Notes under the pieces: generated by a model
The model's database searches: none
Told to the model about the DNA's origin: nothing
What the model saw: only the letters and a program-made list of their open reading frames with translations
Source of the DNA: an uncultured Candidatus Saccharibacteria bacterium
GTDB taxonomy: Bacteria; Patescibacteriota; Minisyncoccia; Phycocordibacterales; UBA3531
Length of the DNA stretch: 64,000 nucleotides
NCBI GenBank assembly: GCA_964361405.1
Contig: CAYIAA010000004.1
Location: forward strand, 10,508-74,507
Direction of reading: 5' to 3'
Made by a program: the position numbers and the translations under genes
Shown: in pieces, positions 1-10,086 of the stretch
Position numbering within the stretch: position 1 is the stretch's first letter
Layout of the letters: each line of letters opens with the position of its first letter

Positions 1-1271
1 GCGATGCGCGCGCAGACATTTTCCAGAAAGAGGCCGCCTATAGCGCAGCTGTGGCAAGGCTCAAGTCACTCCAGAATGGAACCCGCCCGGAGCAGATCGC
101 AATCACAGAGTCGAGCGTAGCGAGTGCAGAAGCAACACTTCTCCAAGCCAATCAGGCCTTGGTTGATGCGGTGCGGAATGCGTACACACAGTCCGATGAC
201 GCTGTGCGTCGCCGTGTTGACCAATTCATGTCGAACCCTCAGAGTTCCACACCGCAATTAAATTTCACCGTGTCCAGCCAACTGGAACTTGATGTTGAGT
301 GGGGCAGGTTCCTCGCCGAAGCCATGCTTACCGGGTGGAAAACAGCCGTTGATTCTTTGAACGCCTCGAGCAATCTCGAAACTGCTCGCGCCGCCGCAAT
401 ACAAAACCTCGACGAAATACGATCGTTTCTTGAGAAAGTGGCGTCAGCGCTCAATGTGGTTTCGCCGTCCTCCAATTTGTCGCAAACGACCCTTGACGGT
501 TACCGCGCCGACGTTACGACCGCGCGCACCAATGTGAATACCGCCGTTACCTCACTCACTTCCGCGGTGACCGCGCAGAAAAACGCTGCGGCGGCTCTCG
601 TCACTCAAAAACGAAGTCTTGAACTTGAACAAGCCGGGGCCGTAGAGGAAGATATCGAGACGCAGGAAGCACAAGTGAAAATCGCCGAAGCCGATCTTTT
701 AAGCGCCCGGGCACGGTTTCAGAAAACGCTTGTCGTTGCGTCCTTTAACGGCATTGTAACCAGGATGGACGCCAAGGTCGGCGGCAGCGCCTCGTCAAAC
801 TCATCCGCGATTACTATGATCAGTGAGGGGAAGCTTGAGATTGAGAGTTTTATTCCGGAGATCAACGCGCCTTTGGTTAAAGTGGGGAACAATGCAAGAG
901 CGACGCTCGATGCCTACGGAGAAAGTATGCCCTTCGCCGTACGCGTCATATCGGTTGACCCGGCGGAGACCATTCGCGACGGGGTCTCGACCTATCGCGC
1001 CAAACTACAATTTGTGGAACATGATGCGCGTGTTAAGTCGGGCATGACGGCAAACATTCTCATTACTACGGAGAAAAAAGAGAACGTCATCGCGGTTCCG
1101 CAGGGGATTGTTATCCGCCGCGATGGCAAAGAATTCGTACGTCTCCAGAAAGGAAGGACTGCTCTCGAGCGTGAGGTTACGACAGGCAGTGTTTCCTCGC
1201 TCGGCACGGTGGAAATTATCTCGGGGCTTCGGGACGGGGATACTGTCCTCCTTGCACTTCCGGAGGAATAA
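1..1271 (+). CDS. HlyD-family periplasmic adaptor (membrane fusion) subunit of an ABC efflux system. 5' end truncated by the window edge; the frame is open from nt 3.
   Basis: The ORF at 51..1271 continues in-frame to the window start. It has coiled-coil-rich Ala/Gln segments followed by a beta-barrel-like C-terminus typical of MacA/HlyD adaptors. It sits immediately upstream of a permease and an ATPase. Confidence 0.7.
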   Translation, partial: DARADIFQKEAAYSAAVARLKSLQNGTRPEQIAITESSVASAEATLLQANQALVDAVRNAYTQSDDAVRRRVDQFMSNPQSSTPQLNFTVSSQLELDVEWGRFLAEAMLTGWKTAVDSLNASSNLETARAAAIQNLDEIRSFLEKVASALNVVSPSSNLSQTTLDGYRADVTTARTNVNTAVTSLTSAVTAQKNAAAALVTQKRSLELEQAGAVEEDIETQEAQVKIAEADLLSARARFQKTLVVASFNGIVTRMDAKVGGSASSNSSAITMISEGKLEIESFIPEINAPLVKVGNNARATLDAYGESMPFAVRVISVDPAETIRDGVSTYRAKLQFVEHDARVKSGMTANILITTEKKENVIAVPQGIVIRRDGKEFVRLQKGRTALEREVTTGSVSSLGTVEIISGLRDGDTVLLALPEE

Positions 1272-1282
1272 AGAGAAGACCC

Positions 1283-2542
1283 ATGTTTTCGAATTTAGGA
1301 CTTAACATCCGTATCGGGTTTTTCCTTGCACTGCGGCAAATACGTCGCGCGAGCCTTTGGACGACGAGCTTGATCGTTTTTGTCATGGTGCTCACATTCT
1401 TAAACCTTGTCGTAGTCTCGGGTATTTTGGTCGGTCTCATTCAAGGCGCAGTTAATCAGGCACGGAGCGAGTTCACCAGCGATGTGATTATCTCGACTCT
1501 TGACGACAAAAAGTACATTGAAAACAGTCCCAATATCCTTGCGCTTATTAAAAGTTTGCCGGAAATAGAAGCTATGTCGGCGCGCTATAGCGAAGGTGTC
1601 ATCCTTGAGGCAAATTATAAGACTCGAAAAGAGACAGATAAACCAAACACCGCCGGAGCGCAAATATTTGGAATTAATCCAGAGAACGAAGATGCCGTTA
1701 CGCGCCTCTCGTCGTCAGTCTCGGAGGGGTCGTACCTCGCCCCGGGAGACTACGACCAAGTAATAGTTGGCCAGTTTCTTTTGAGCCAGTATGTTCCCGT
1801 TGACGATCCCAACCTTGCGGCCCTCGACAATGTTGAAGTGGGGACGAAAATCCGGATTACTGTGGGCGGTGTGACGCGCGAGGTGAGAGTGAAGGGCATT
1901 ATTAAGAGCAAGGTGGATGCTCTGACCCGGAACGTGTTTATGGTTGATTCGCAGTTCCGGAGCATGATCGGGAGAAACGACGGTAACATCGATCAAGTCG
2001 CAGTGCTTCTCAAGAACGGTGCGGACCCCATTTTTGTCAAAGAGAAACTAAAACGAAGCGGCGTGACGCAATTTGCTCAAGTCCAAACTTTCGAGGATGC
2101 CCAGCCGCAGTTTTTGAAAGACATCATCGACACATTTAACATGCTCGGATTTGCCTTCGGTTCGATCGGCCTCGTGGTTGCTTCCATCACCATCTTCATC
2201 GTCATTTTCATCAACGCTCTCACACGGCGTAAATATATCGGCATTATGAAAGGTATCGGCATCGACGGCGGAGCGATTCGGCTCTCCTACGTGTTTCAGT
2301 CCATTTTCTACGCCCTCCTTGGTTCCGTTATCGGGCTCGCCTTCGTCTACGGATTCCTCGTTCCGTTCGTCGGAGAGCACCCGATCGACTTCCCATTCTC
2401 CGACGGTATTCTGGTCGCGCCCATTGACGAAACGCTCTTCCGTGTGGGACTTCTCGTTTTTTCGACTATTATCGCCGGCTACATTCCCGCGTGGATGATT
2501 ATCAGGAGGAACACGCTTGACTCAATCCTCGGAAGAAATTGA
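1283..2542 (+). CDS. ABC transporter permease, FtsX/MacB-like (N-terminal TM helix, large periplasmic domain, C-terminal 3-TM bundle).
   Basis: 419 aa with the topology of the MacB/FtsX permease family. ATG at 1283 is preceded by AAAGAGAAG. The stop overlaps the next gene. Confidence 0.8.
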   Translation: MFSNLGLNIRIGFFLALRQIRRASLWTTSLIVFVMVLTFLNLVVVSGILVGLIQGAVNQARSEFTSDVIISTLDDKKYIENSPNILALIKSLPEIEAMSARYSEGVILEANYKTRKETDKPNTAGAQIFGINPENEDAVTRLSSSVSEGSYLAPGDYDQVIVGQFLLSQYVPVDDPNLAALDNVEVGTKIRITVGGVTREVRVKGIIKSKVDALTRNVFMVDSQFRSMIGRNDGNIDQVAVLLKNGADPIFVKEKLKRSGVTQFAQVQTFEDAQPQFLKDIIDTFNMLGFAFGSIGLVVASITIFIVIFINALTRRKYIGIMKGIGIDGGAIRLSYVFQSIFYALLGSVIGLAFVYGFLVPFVGEHPIDFPFSDGILVAPIDETLFRVGLLVFSTIIAGYIPAWMIIRRNTLDSILGRN

Positions 2543-3221
2543 TATGATCGAAACCAAAAACCTCATTAAAACGTTCAGGAACGGCGACGTGGAGACGCAT
2601 GTCCTTCGGGGCATTGATTTTCAAGTCAAAGAAGGTGAATGGAGTGCGATTATGGGGCGCTCAGGCGCCGGGAAAAGCACTTTCCTTTACCAGATGAGTC
2701 TCCTCGATGAACCGACCTCTGGAGACGTGGTCGTCGATGGTCGTAGCACAAGAGAAATGAGCGACACGGAAGAGGTTCTCCTTCGGCTCCATAAATTCGG
2801 ATACGTTTTTCAGGACTACGCGCTCTTGCCAGATCTCACCGCGCTCGAAAATGTGGCACTGCCGTCCCTTATGCAAAACCTCGATCGTCGTAGCGCCTAT
2901 GCCAAGGCAACCGACGCCTTGACCAAGGTGGGGCTCGGGCATCGACTCAACAACCTTCCGAGCCGGCTCTCCGGCGGCGAGCAGCAGCGCGTTGCCATCG
3001 CCCGGGCCGTGGCGCACTCTCCGAAAGTCCTCTTTGCTGACGAGCCGACCGCGAACCTCGACAACGACTCGTCAGAGGCCATCATGAAAATTTTTACGGA
3101 GCTTCACCGGGAGGGGCAGACTATTATCATGGTGACCCACGAAGAACAATACGCAAAACTTGCGGAGAAAATTACCACAATGGATGATGGCAAAATAGTG
3201 TCTACCGTCAAGAACAGGTAA
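2517..3221 (+). CDS. ABC transporter ATP-binding protein (MacB/LolD-type). The start is more likely ATG 2544, directly after the permease stop.
   Basis: Walker [13 protein letters not shown] signature [14 protein letters not shown], Walker B LFADEPT and H-loop VTHE are all present. Confidence 0.9.
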   Translation: MTQSSEEIDMIETKNLIKTFRNGDVETHVLRGIDFQVKEGEWSAIMGRSGAGKSTFLYQMSLLDEPTSGDVVVDGRSTREMSDTEEVLLRLHKFGYVFQDYALLPDLTALENVALPSLMQNLDRRSAYAKATDALTKVGLGHRLNNLPSRLSGGEQQRVAIARAVAHSPKVLFADEPTANLDNDSSEAIMKIFTELHREGQTIIMVTHEEQYAKLAEKITTMDDGKIVSTVKNR

Positions 3222-3259
3222 GTTCACGGGAAATACCTTGGAGTGGTATACTCGTTTGT

Positions 3260-4105
3260 ATGAAAAACACTCTGATTGCTCCGATACTACTCATTCTCAT
3301 CGGAGGTTTCGGATACGTTATGTTCTCTGGCGGCGGAAGCTTAAGCCGAGCTCAGAGTCCTTTTGATGCGACATACCTTGTTGAAGATGAATCGGTAACG
3401 CTTGTCGACGGCACGTTTGAAAAGGAAACTGCGCCGGGGTCGGCAACCAAGATCAGAACTTTTGTCTTCGGCGAACCAACGGTGGGCGACATAGACGGTG
3501 ACGGAGATGAAGATGCCGCCCTTTTTCTCGTTCGCGATTCGGGAGGGAGTGGGACGTTTTACTATGCTGCCGTAGCTCTCAACAGAGGCGGCGCATATAT
3601 GGGCATGAATGCTGTCCTTCTTGGCGACAGGATTGCTCCACAAACTATTGAGATTAAAGAGGGACAAGTCATTGCAAACTATGCCGAGCGAAAACCGGAT
3701 GAACCAATGACGGCACAGCCATCGGCGGGACAGTCGAAATATCTCATGGTTTCAAGCGATGAACTTGTCGAATCGGAGAATGCCGACAGCAGTACTGCGG
3801 TTTTTGATGCGGGGCTCAATGAAAAAGTGAGTGGTCTCGGAATATCCATAACACCGCTTGAAGTGCTTGAGGATAGCCGATGTCCATCTGACGTGGTATG
3901 TATTTGGATTGGGCAGGTCCGTCTTAAAGCAAAACTCTCAAGCGGACTCGGCGAAACAGAGCAAATCTTTATATCAGGACAGGCCATTACCACCGAAGCC
4001 GAAGAAATCATTCTTTCTGAAGTTTTCCCGGCTGCTTATTCAACACAGCAAATCAAACCCGCTGATTACCGATTCCAGTTTACAGTTTCAAAACGAACTT
4101 TGTGA
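3260..4105 (+). CDS. Hypothetical secreted/membrane-anchored protein (N-terminal TM/signal, DGDGDED acidic calcium-binding-like loop).
   Basis: The N-terminus is hydrophobic (LIAPILLILIGGFGYVMF). A DIDGDGDEDAALF motif resembles FG-GAP/VCBS-type loops. No confident family assignment. Confidence 0.5.
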   Translation: MKNTLIAPILLILIGGFGYVMFSGGGSLSRAQSPFDATYLVEDESVTLVDGTFEKETAPGSATKIRTFVFGEPTVGDIDGDGDEDAALFLVRDSGGSGTFYYAAVALNRGGAYMGMNAVLLGDRIAPQTIEIKEGQVIANYAERKPDEPMTAQPSAGQSKYLMVSSDELVESENADSSTAVFDAGLNEKVSGLGISITPLEVLEDSRCPSDVVCIWIGQVRLKAKLSSGLGETEQIFISGQAITTEAEEIILSEVFPAAYSTQQIKPADYRFQFTVSKRTL

Positions 4106-4144
4106 TAGACTGGCGCCATAATCAATCAATCTAAAGGCAGTTAT

Positions 4145-5263
4145 ATGAACAAACTTTTCGTTTTCGCATTATTGGGCGCCGTCGCGATGTTACCCGCGCT
4201 TGCCCTTGCGGCAGATGTGCGGGTGGGGGAACAACCTTCAATAGGTGCTGGGGAACGGATTACTGACGATGTGTATATCGCCGGTGGTTCGGTCTCAAGC
4301 TCTGGCGTAATTTTCGGCGATCTCATCGCCGGCGGGGGAAATATTGTGGTGAGCGGGAGTGTTGGTGGTGATCTCATGGCAGGAGGCGGCAGTGTTATTG
4401 TTATCTCAAATATCCCCGATGATGTGCGTGTCGGTGGCGGGAATATTGTTATTCAAGGCACAGTTGGAGGAGACCTTCTTGTCGGCGGAGGACAGGTGCA
4501 TATTAGTTCTTCTCGCGTCGGAGGAGACGTTATCGCCGGTGGAGGGCTCATTCGGATTGATGCGGCTGTGGGCGGTGATATCTTGGCGGGCGGTGGTGAG
4601 GTCTATCTGAACGGACCCATTACCGGAAGTGTGAAAGTGAAAGCGGACAAGCTCACCTTGGGAAAGAATGCCGTGATTTCTGGGGACATTACCTACAGTG
4701 CCAAGAAAGAAATGACCTTGGAAGAAGGAGCGGTAGTACGCGGCGAAATCAAATTTGAACCGCGAAAAGAGATGAAAGCCGGAGCCAATGTACTCGCATT
4801 CCTCGGTTTGGGCAAACTTGCGGCGCTTCTTGCATGCGCTCTCTTAATCGGTCTCATTTTCCGCCGTTACGCGCGGGAGATTGTAGGACTTGTGACTCGG
4901 AGCCCGCTTACCGAGCTCGGGAGAGGACTCGTGATTGCCATCGTGCTTCCTGTCCTATCAGTCTTCCTCTTGATCACGGTTGTTGGTATCCCACTCGGCA
5001 TCATCGGCCTCGTCAGTTTCGTCGGAGCATCGCTCTTCGTATGGATTCTCGCGCCGATTATTCTCGGCAGTGTCGTGTACCGCTTTATTACGAAGCGTGA
5101 TACTTATGAAGTGTCGTGGACGACAATACTTCTCGGCGTGGTTCTCTATTCTATCCTCAGCTTTATTCCCATTCTCGGGTGGATAGTGCAGTGTGGTCTT
5201 ATATTTGCCACTCTCGGTGCCGCGGTCAAGTTGAAGTGGTCTATCGTGAAAGAGTGGAGATAA
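4145..5263 (+). CDS. Beta-helical repeat membrane protein: signal peptide, ~10-residue GGGxVxVxGxVGGDLxA repeats (bactofilin / polymer-forming-cytoskeletal-like or adhesin-like beta-helix), and a C-terminal polytopic membrane domain.
   Basis: Signal-like N-terminus [22 protein letters not shown]. At least nine tandem GGD/GGG repeats follow, then four hydrophobic helices at the C-terminus. Confidence 0.6.
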   Translation: MNKLFVFALLGAVAMLPALALAADVRVGEQPSIGAGERITDDVYIAGGSVSSSGVIFGDLIAGGGNIVVSGSVGGDLMAGGGSVIVISNIPDDVRVGGGNIVIQGTVGGDLLVGGGQVHISSSRVGGDVIAGGGLIRIDAAVGGDILAGGGEVYLNGPITGSVKVKADKLTLGKNAVISGDITYSAKKEMTLEEGAVVRGEIKFEPRKEMKAGANVLAFLGLGKLAALLACALLIGLIFRRYAREIVGLVTRSPLTELGRGLVIAIVLPVLSVFLLITVVGIPLGIIGLVSFVGASLFVWILAPIILGSVVYRFITKRDTYEVSWTTILLGVVLYSILSFIPILGWIVQCGLIFATLGAAVKLKWSIVKEWR

Positions 5264-5342
5264 TTATTCCGTCATTTTTTTCCGGACTTACATCCTGATC
5301 GGCATTCTGATTGCGGCGCTTTTTGCGCTCACACTTTTTCTC

Positions 5343-5831
5343 ATGGGGCAAGAACCCATCTGCGAATGCGGGTATATTAAGCTTTGGCACGGTGTGACGA
5401 TGAGTTCGGAGAATTCCCAGCATATCTCCGACTGGTACACGTTCTCGCACATTATCCACGGCTTTTTCTTCTACTGGGTCCTTTCACTTTTCGCCCCGCG
5501 GATGCCAATCGGGGCGCGTTTTATTGTTGCACTTCTCGCCGAAACCTCGTGGGAGATTTTCGAGAATACTGATTTCATAATCAACCGCTACCGCGAGACA
5601 ACCATATCGCTTGATTACTACGGTGATTCCGTTATCAATTCCGTCGGCGATGTCATTGCGAGTGTTTTCGGATTCGTCCTCGCTCACCGCTTGCCCGTGT
5701 GGGTTGTTGTCGCTGCCGCGATTGTAATGGAGGCAGGGGTGGGATACGCGATTCGCGACAATTTGACGCTTAATATCATTATGCTGATCCAGCCATTCGA
5801 TTCGATTAGGGTGTGGCAGGGTGGTGGGTGA
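5343..5831 (+). CDS. Membrane protein resembling the UPF0314/DUF2585 family (ICxCGY...SENSQ...DWYTFSH..HG motif, C-terminal WQGGG). It may have an upstream N-terminal extension without a canonical start (see findings).
   Basis: The conserved-looking motif string and three or four hydrophobic helices are present. The family assignment is from memory and should be confirmed by HMM search. Confidence 0.55.
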   Translation: MGQEPICECGYIKLWHGVTMSSENSQHISDWYTFSHIIHGFFFYWVLSLFAPRMPIGARFIVALLAETSWEIFENTDFIINRYRETTISLDYYGDSVINSVGDVIASVFGFVLAHRLPVWVVVAAAIVMEAGVGYAIRDNLTLNIIMLIQPFDSIRVWQGGG

Positions 5832-5846
5832 TAAAATAGATACACC

Positions 5847-8033
5847 ATGAACCGCGCAGAAAAAAACATGCACTGTGTGTGCGGCAAGACCTGCATTATA
5901 TGCAGCGCGGAGGAACTTGCCGTTACCTGTGGTTGCGGTATTGAGGCCAAACAGCACGAATACAATCTTAAGAAAGATTCATGGCATCAGGAACACAGCG
6001 GGCACGGAGTAGAGCACTTGAGTCACCGCGATCACGAAGCCGCCATGACGAGTCCGCGCTTGGCAAAACAGATGGAGGCGGATATGCGTCGGCGGTTTTT
6101 CATTTCTCTCGCGCTTACCATTCCTATTGTCCTTTATTCGCCGATGGGAGAAATGCTTTTCGGTATTTCACTCTGGTTTCCTTTTCCGAAAAATTCGTTT
6201 TTGTTTCTTCTGACCACACCCATAGTGTTTTGGACGGGCTCAATTTTTATCACTGGCACGTATTATTCGTTGAAAGCTCGCACGCTCAACATGACGGTCT
6301 TGGTCGCAACGGGAATTTTGGCGGCGTATCTTGGCAGTATCGCTCTCACTTTTACTGGTGGAGGCGAAGTATTCTACGAAGCGGCTGCGATGCTCGTAAC
6401 GTTTGTGCTTTTTGGACACTGGATGGAAATGAAATCTCGCCGCGGGACGTCGGATTCTCTCCGTGCGCTCTTTGATCTCGTGCCTCCGCAAGCGCGAGTG
6501 ATGCGCAATGGAAAAGAAATTTTAATCGCGAGCACGGAGGTGGTGCAAGGCGACAGTGTAGTATTAAAACCCGGCGACAAAGTGCCCGTTGACGGCATTG
6601 TAACCCTCGGAGAAACAGCGGTTGATGAGGCACTTGTTACCGGCGAATCACTCCCAGTTTCAAAGAAAATCGGTGATAAAGTCATTGGCGGTTCAATCAA
6701 TCAAAATGGAGCAATACAATTCCTCGCTACAAAAGTTGGATCAGATACGGTACTCGCCTCAATCATTAGAATGGTGGAAACGGCGCAGAATTCCAAAGCG
6801 CCCGGACAGCGAATTGCGGACAAAGCGGCAGCATGGCTTGTCGTGCTCGCGGTCGCGTCGGGTATAGCCGCATTTTTCGGATGGTACACCATTGTGGGCG
6901 CGACATTCGTTGTCGCTCTCACGTTTGCCATTTCGACTGTCGTCATCGCGTGTCCAGATGCACTTGGACTCGCCACCCCGACGGCGGTTGCGGTGGGAAC
7001 AGGGCTTGGCGCGAAGCACGGCATTCTCATTAAAAATGCGGCGACACTTGAGGGCGCGTCAAAAATCAATGCCATTGTGCTTGATAAAACGGGGACGTTG
7101 ACGGAGGGGAAGCCGAAAGTTACCGAAGTTATCACCACGGGAAATATGTCGGAGGAAACCCTTCTCCAGTATGCCGCAAGCGTTGAAACAAAATCGAGCC
7201 ATCCCTTGTCGGCGGCAATCCTCGATGAGGCGAAAAAAAGAGGCATTTCTCTCCTTGCGACGGAAAATTTTCAATCACTTTCGGGATTAGGACTTGAGGG
7301 TGTTGTTGGCGGAAAAAACGTTCTTGTTGGCACCGAGCGATTGTTGCGTGACCGCGGTATTGACACGGAGAATATGAGAGGAGCAATCGAGAAACTTTTG
7401 GCGGGCGGTAAAACATTGAGTATTATTGCCGTTGACAATCTCGCCGTAGGCATCATCGGCATTTCCGACGAAGTGCGCGGAACATCAAAAAAGACGGTAA
7501 CGAAACTGAAGGAGCTCGGCATTGAAACAGCGATGATTACCGGGGACAATAAAAAAATTGCGGAAGCGGTGGGGGTAGAGCTCGGTATTGACCGTGTATT
7601 CGCGGAAGTCATGCCGAAAGACAAAGCGAGCTTCGTGAAGAAATTACAAGACGAAGGAAAATTCGTCGCGATGGTGGGGGACGGCGTGAATGATGCGCCC
7701 GCCCTCGCGCAATCGGATATCGGCATCGCGATTGGTGCCGGAACGGATGTGGCGATTGAAACGGCAAGCATTGTACTCATGAAGTCCGACCCGTATGACA
7801 TTGTCGCGGCGATCCGTTTGAGCAAGGCGACTGTCCGTAAAATGAAGCAGAATCTGTTTTGGGCGGCAATCTATAACGTGCTCGCCATTCCGATTGCGGC
7901 CGGTGTTTTTTATTCCTCGCTCGGGTGGACTCTGCGGCCTGAAATTGCGGCCCTTCTTATGTCGGCATCGTCCATTATCGTCGCCACAAATGCCGTTCTT
8001 TTGAAGCGGGTGGAATCTGGATTAACTGAATAA
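5847..8033 (+). CDS. copA: Heavy-metal-translocating P1B-type ATPase, CopA-like (Cu+ signature YN in TM7 and MSASS in TM8). It has a non-canonical CPD transmembrane motif and a Cys/His-rich N-terminus.
   Basis: DKTGTLT phosphorylation motif, TGDN, GDGVNDAP hinge, and the CPD+ALGLATP TM6 motif. The N-terminus reads MHCVCGKTCIICSAEELAVTCGCG followed by the His-rich stretch HQEHSGHGVEHLSHRDHE. Confidence 0.9.
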   Translation: MNRAEKNMHCVCGKTCIICSAEELAVTCGCGIEAKQHEYNLKKDSWHQEHSGHGVEHLSHRDHEAAMTSPRLAKQMEADMRRRFFISLALTIPIVLYSPMGEMLFGISLWFPFPKNSFLFLLTTPIVFWTGSIFITGTYYSLKARTLNMTVLVATGILAAYLGSIALTFTGGGEVFYEAAAMLVTFVLFGHWMEMKSRRGTSDSLRALFDLVPPQARVMRNGKEILIASTEVVQGDSVVLKPGDKVPVDGIVTLGETAVDEALVTGESLPVSKKIGDKVIGGSINQNGAIQFLATKVGSDTVLASIIRMVETAQNSKAPGQRIADKAAAWLVVLAVASGIAAFFGWYTIVGATFVVALTFAISTVVIACPDALGLATPTAVAVGTGLGAKHGILIKNAATLEGASKINAIVLDKTGTLTEGKPKVTEVITTGNMSEETLLQYAASVETKSSHPLSAAILDEAKKRGISLLATENFQSLSGLGLEGVVGGKNVLVGTERLLRDRGIDTENMRGAIEKLLAGGKTLSIIAVDNLAVGIIGISDEVRGTSKKTVTKLKELGIETAMITGDNKKIAEAVGVELGIDRVFAEVMPKDKASFVKKLQDEGKFVAMVGDGVNDAPALAQSDIGIAIGAGTDVAIETASIVLMKSDPYDIVAAIRLSKATVRKMKQNLFWAAIYNVLAIPIAAGVFYSSLGWTLRPEIAALLMSASSIIVATNAVLLKRVESGLTE

Positions 8034-8533
8034 TGGTATTGTGGTACACTGACAATATGGATGCTTTTTCGAGGATATCACTGTTTTTTCTCCGCATTGC
8101 AATGGGCTCTTTCCTACTCTACGCAGGACTCACCAAGGTGCTCGACCCATCATGGTCGGCCGCGGTTTATCTCGGGGGAACCAAGACATTTCAGAGTTTC
8201 TATCAGTTGCTCCTCGCTCCGAATGTGCTTCCAGCAGTCAATTTTTTAAATGAATGGGGGATGACGCTCCTCGGCCTTTCACTCATCCTCGGGATATTTG
8301 TGAGATTGAGCGGAATCGCAGGGGCACTCCTTATGGTACTTTACTATTTTCCGATACTTGATTTTCCATACCCGAACCCCCCTTCGGATATCGTAGACGA
8401 GCATATTATCTACGCGCTCGCATTCTTAGTACTTGCCGCATCTCGGGCAGGACGTGTGTGGGGCCTTGAGAACTGGTGCGTGGGTTTGCCAATATGCTCT
8501 CGGTACCCTCGATTCCGTAGTTTACTAGGTTAA
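8033..8533 (+). CDS. DoxX family membrane protein
   Basis: FLLRIAMGSFLLYAGLTKVLDP is a typical DoxX N-terminal motif. Four TM helices. The start overlaps the copA stop (ATAATGG). Confidence 0.7.
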   Translation: MVLWYTDNMDAFSRISLFFLRIAMGSFLLYAGLTKVLDPSWSAAVYLGGTKTFQSFYQLLLAPNVLPAVNFLNEWGMTLLGLSLILGIFVRLSGIAGALLMVLYYFPILDFPYPNPPSDIVDEHIIYALAFLVLAASRAGRVWGLENWCVGLPICSRYPRFRSLLG

Positions 8534-8543
8534 TATTACATCT

Positions 8544-9245
8544 ATGAAAAAAATCATTGGTATTGTGCTCCCTGTCCTCGCATTCTTCGTGTTTTTGATA
8601 TCAGTAGCCGATGCACAGATGATGCTGCGCGGGGGTTTTCAATTGGAGCAAGATTCAACGTGGGGGGAAATCGTTGAGCACACGAAGGAAGAAGAAGCCG
8701 AGGGTGCCACCCTCTGGGAAAAACTGCAGAGCGGGGAACTTTCCTGCGCCGCACTCACGGCTGAAAACTTTGAAGCGCTGGGAGAGTATTTTATGGGCAC
8801 CATGATGGATGAGGGGCATGCGTCGATGAACGCGATGCTCATCCAGATGATGGGTGAGGACGGAGAAGAGGCGATGCACGAGTCAATGGGCAGACGTTTG
8901 AGCGGATGCGACCCCGATGCGGTTATTCCCGGGAGCGGGATCGGTTTTATGCCGATGATGAATATGATGGGAGGATGGTCGGGTTTTGGAGGATTCGGAC
9001 CAATGAGTCCGTTGAGTTCGTGGATGACTAGCAACTGGACCGGCGTCGGATTTTTTGGGGGCCTCCTCGCCATTCTCTGGTGGGCCGTCATCATCGCGGG
9101 TATCGTGGCTGTCGTGAAGTGGGTAGCACACCGCGGGGAGCGGCAATCGGGAGAATCTCCGCTTGAGATTCTCGGCGCACGTTACGCCAAGGGGGAAATT
9201 ACAAAACAGGAGTTCGACGAAAGAAAAAAAGATTTACAGCAATAG
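8544..9245 (+). CDS. Signal-peptide protein with a Met/His-rich putative metal-binding ectodomain, one TM helix and a C-terminal SHOCT domain
   Basis: Signal peptide MKKIIGIVLPVLAFFVFLISVADA. Met-rich motifs MMDEGHASMNAMLIQMMGEDGEEAMHESM and GFMPMMNMMGGW. TM helix GLLAILWWAVIIAGIVAVV. C-terminal ILGARYAKGEITKQEFDERKKDL fits the SHOCT consensus. Confidence 0.6.
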   Translation: MKKIIGIVLPVLAFFVFLISVADAQMMLRGGFQLEQDSTWGEIVEHTKEEEAEGATLWEKLQSGELSCAALTAENFEALGEYFMGTMMDEGHASMNAMLIQMMGEDGEEAMHESMGRRLSGCDPDAVIPGSGIGFMPMMNMMGGWSGFGGFGPMSPLSSWMTSNWTGVGFFGGLLAILWWAVIIAGIVAVVKWVAHRGERQSGESPLEILGARYAKGEITKQEFDERKKDLQQ

Positions 9246-9335
9246 CCGTACCTATTTCATCGTTACCGCGCCACGCCTGCCATAATATCTCGCTGTGGGG
9301 TACAATGGATGCATTAGTACAGTAACGTTGTTTCT

Positions 9336-9527
9336 ATGATGAAATTATCATGCACGGATTTGAATCCGAGTTCGGAGTGCCGGTACGAGGCGACCGGCGA
9401 AAATGCGAAAGAGGTTGCGGTGAAGATGATGGCGCACGCCAAGGCGGAGCACCCGGAGGATATTGAGAAAATGGGGATGGATGATACGGCAATGCGGGCG
9501 ATGTTCGAGACCAAGGTCCACGAATAA
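9336..9527 (+). CDS. DUF1059 / COG5466-like predicted small metal-binding protein
   Basis: 63 aa with C..C near the N-terminus (SCTDLNPSSEC) and H...H (AHAKAEHPED). This resembles DUF1059 proteins. The assignment is from memory. Confidence 0.5.
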   Translation: MMKLSCTDLNPSSECRYEATGENAKEVAVKMMAHAKAEHPEDIEKMGMDDTAMRAMFETKVHE

Positions 9528-9550
9528 CTCCAACATTTCCTTCTAATGGG

Positions 9551-10045
9551 ATGGATATCGCAACACTTATATCTTTTGACGATGCGGTGAGTGTATTCGT
9601 CCGCACTATTCTCATTTTTTTCTTCGCATTCGTCATCCTCCGCTTCCTCGGGCGGCGACACCTTTCGCACCTCACCTACCTTGACCTTCTTCTCGTTATC
9701 GGGCTCGGCTCGGCCGTAGGGGACGTGATGATTTACGGTGAAAATACGGTCCATTTCCTTGCTTCGGCAATTGCCATCCTCGCTGTTGGTCTCTCAATCA
9801 AAGTCCTCGACGAACTCTCGTCGCGTTCCAAGCGGGTAAGTTTCCTCGTCACCGGGACAGCCCGGCTCATTATTGAAGATGGGAAAATACTATCCGACAT
9901 GCTTGAGAAAGAAGATATGACTGAAGCGGAGTTAATGTCTCTTCTTCGCGAGAAGGGTGTGAGTTCGATTGGAAATGTGAAGCGCGCCTACATCGAAATC
10001 GATGGTGAGGTGAGTATTATTTTCAACCGGAAGCATCAGGGTTAG
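9551..10045 (+). CDS. DUF421 (YetF/YdfS-like) membrane protein
   Basis: An N-terminal two-TM region with RRHLSHLTYLDLLLVIGLG, and a C-terminal soluble domain typical of DUF421. Confidence 0.7.
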   Translation: MDIATLISFDDAVSVFVRTILIFFFAFVILRFLGRRHLSHLTYLDLLLVIGLGSAVGDVMIYGENTVHFLASAIAILAVGLSIKVLDELSSRSKRVSFLVTGTARLIIEDGKILSDMLEKEDMTEAELMSLLREKGVSSIGNVKRAYIEIDGEVSIIFNRKHQG

Positions 10046-10086
10046 GCGAATTCAGACGATTGGCAGTTAAGAAGTTTTCCTGATCC

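Noticed and set aside
6240-7825. Antisense ORFs within copA (up to 184 aa)
   Set aside because: They are fully contained in a gene with unambiguous P-type ATPase motifs, and have no homology.
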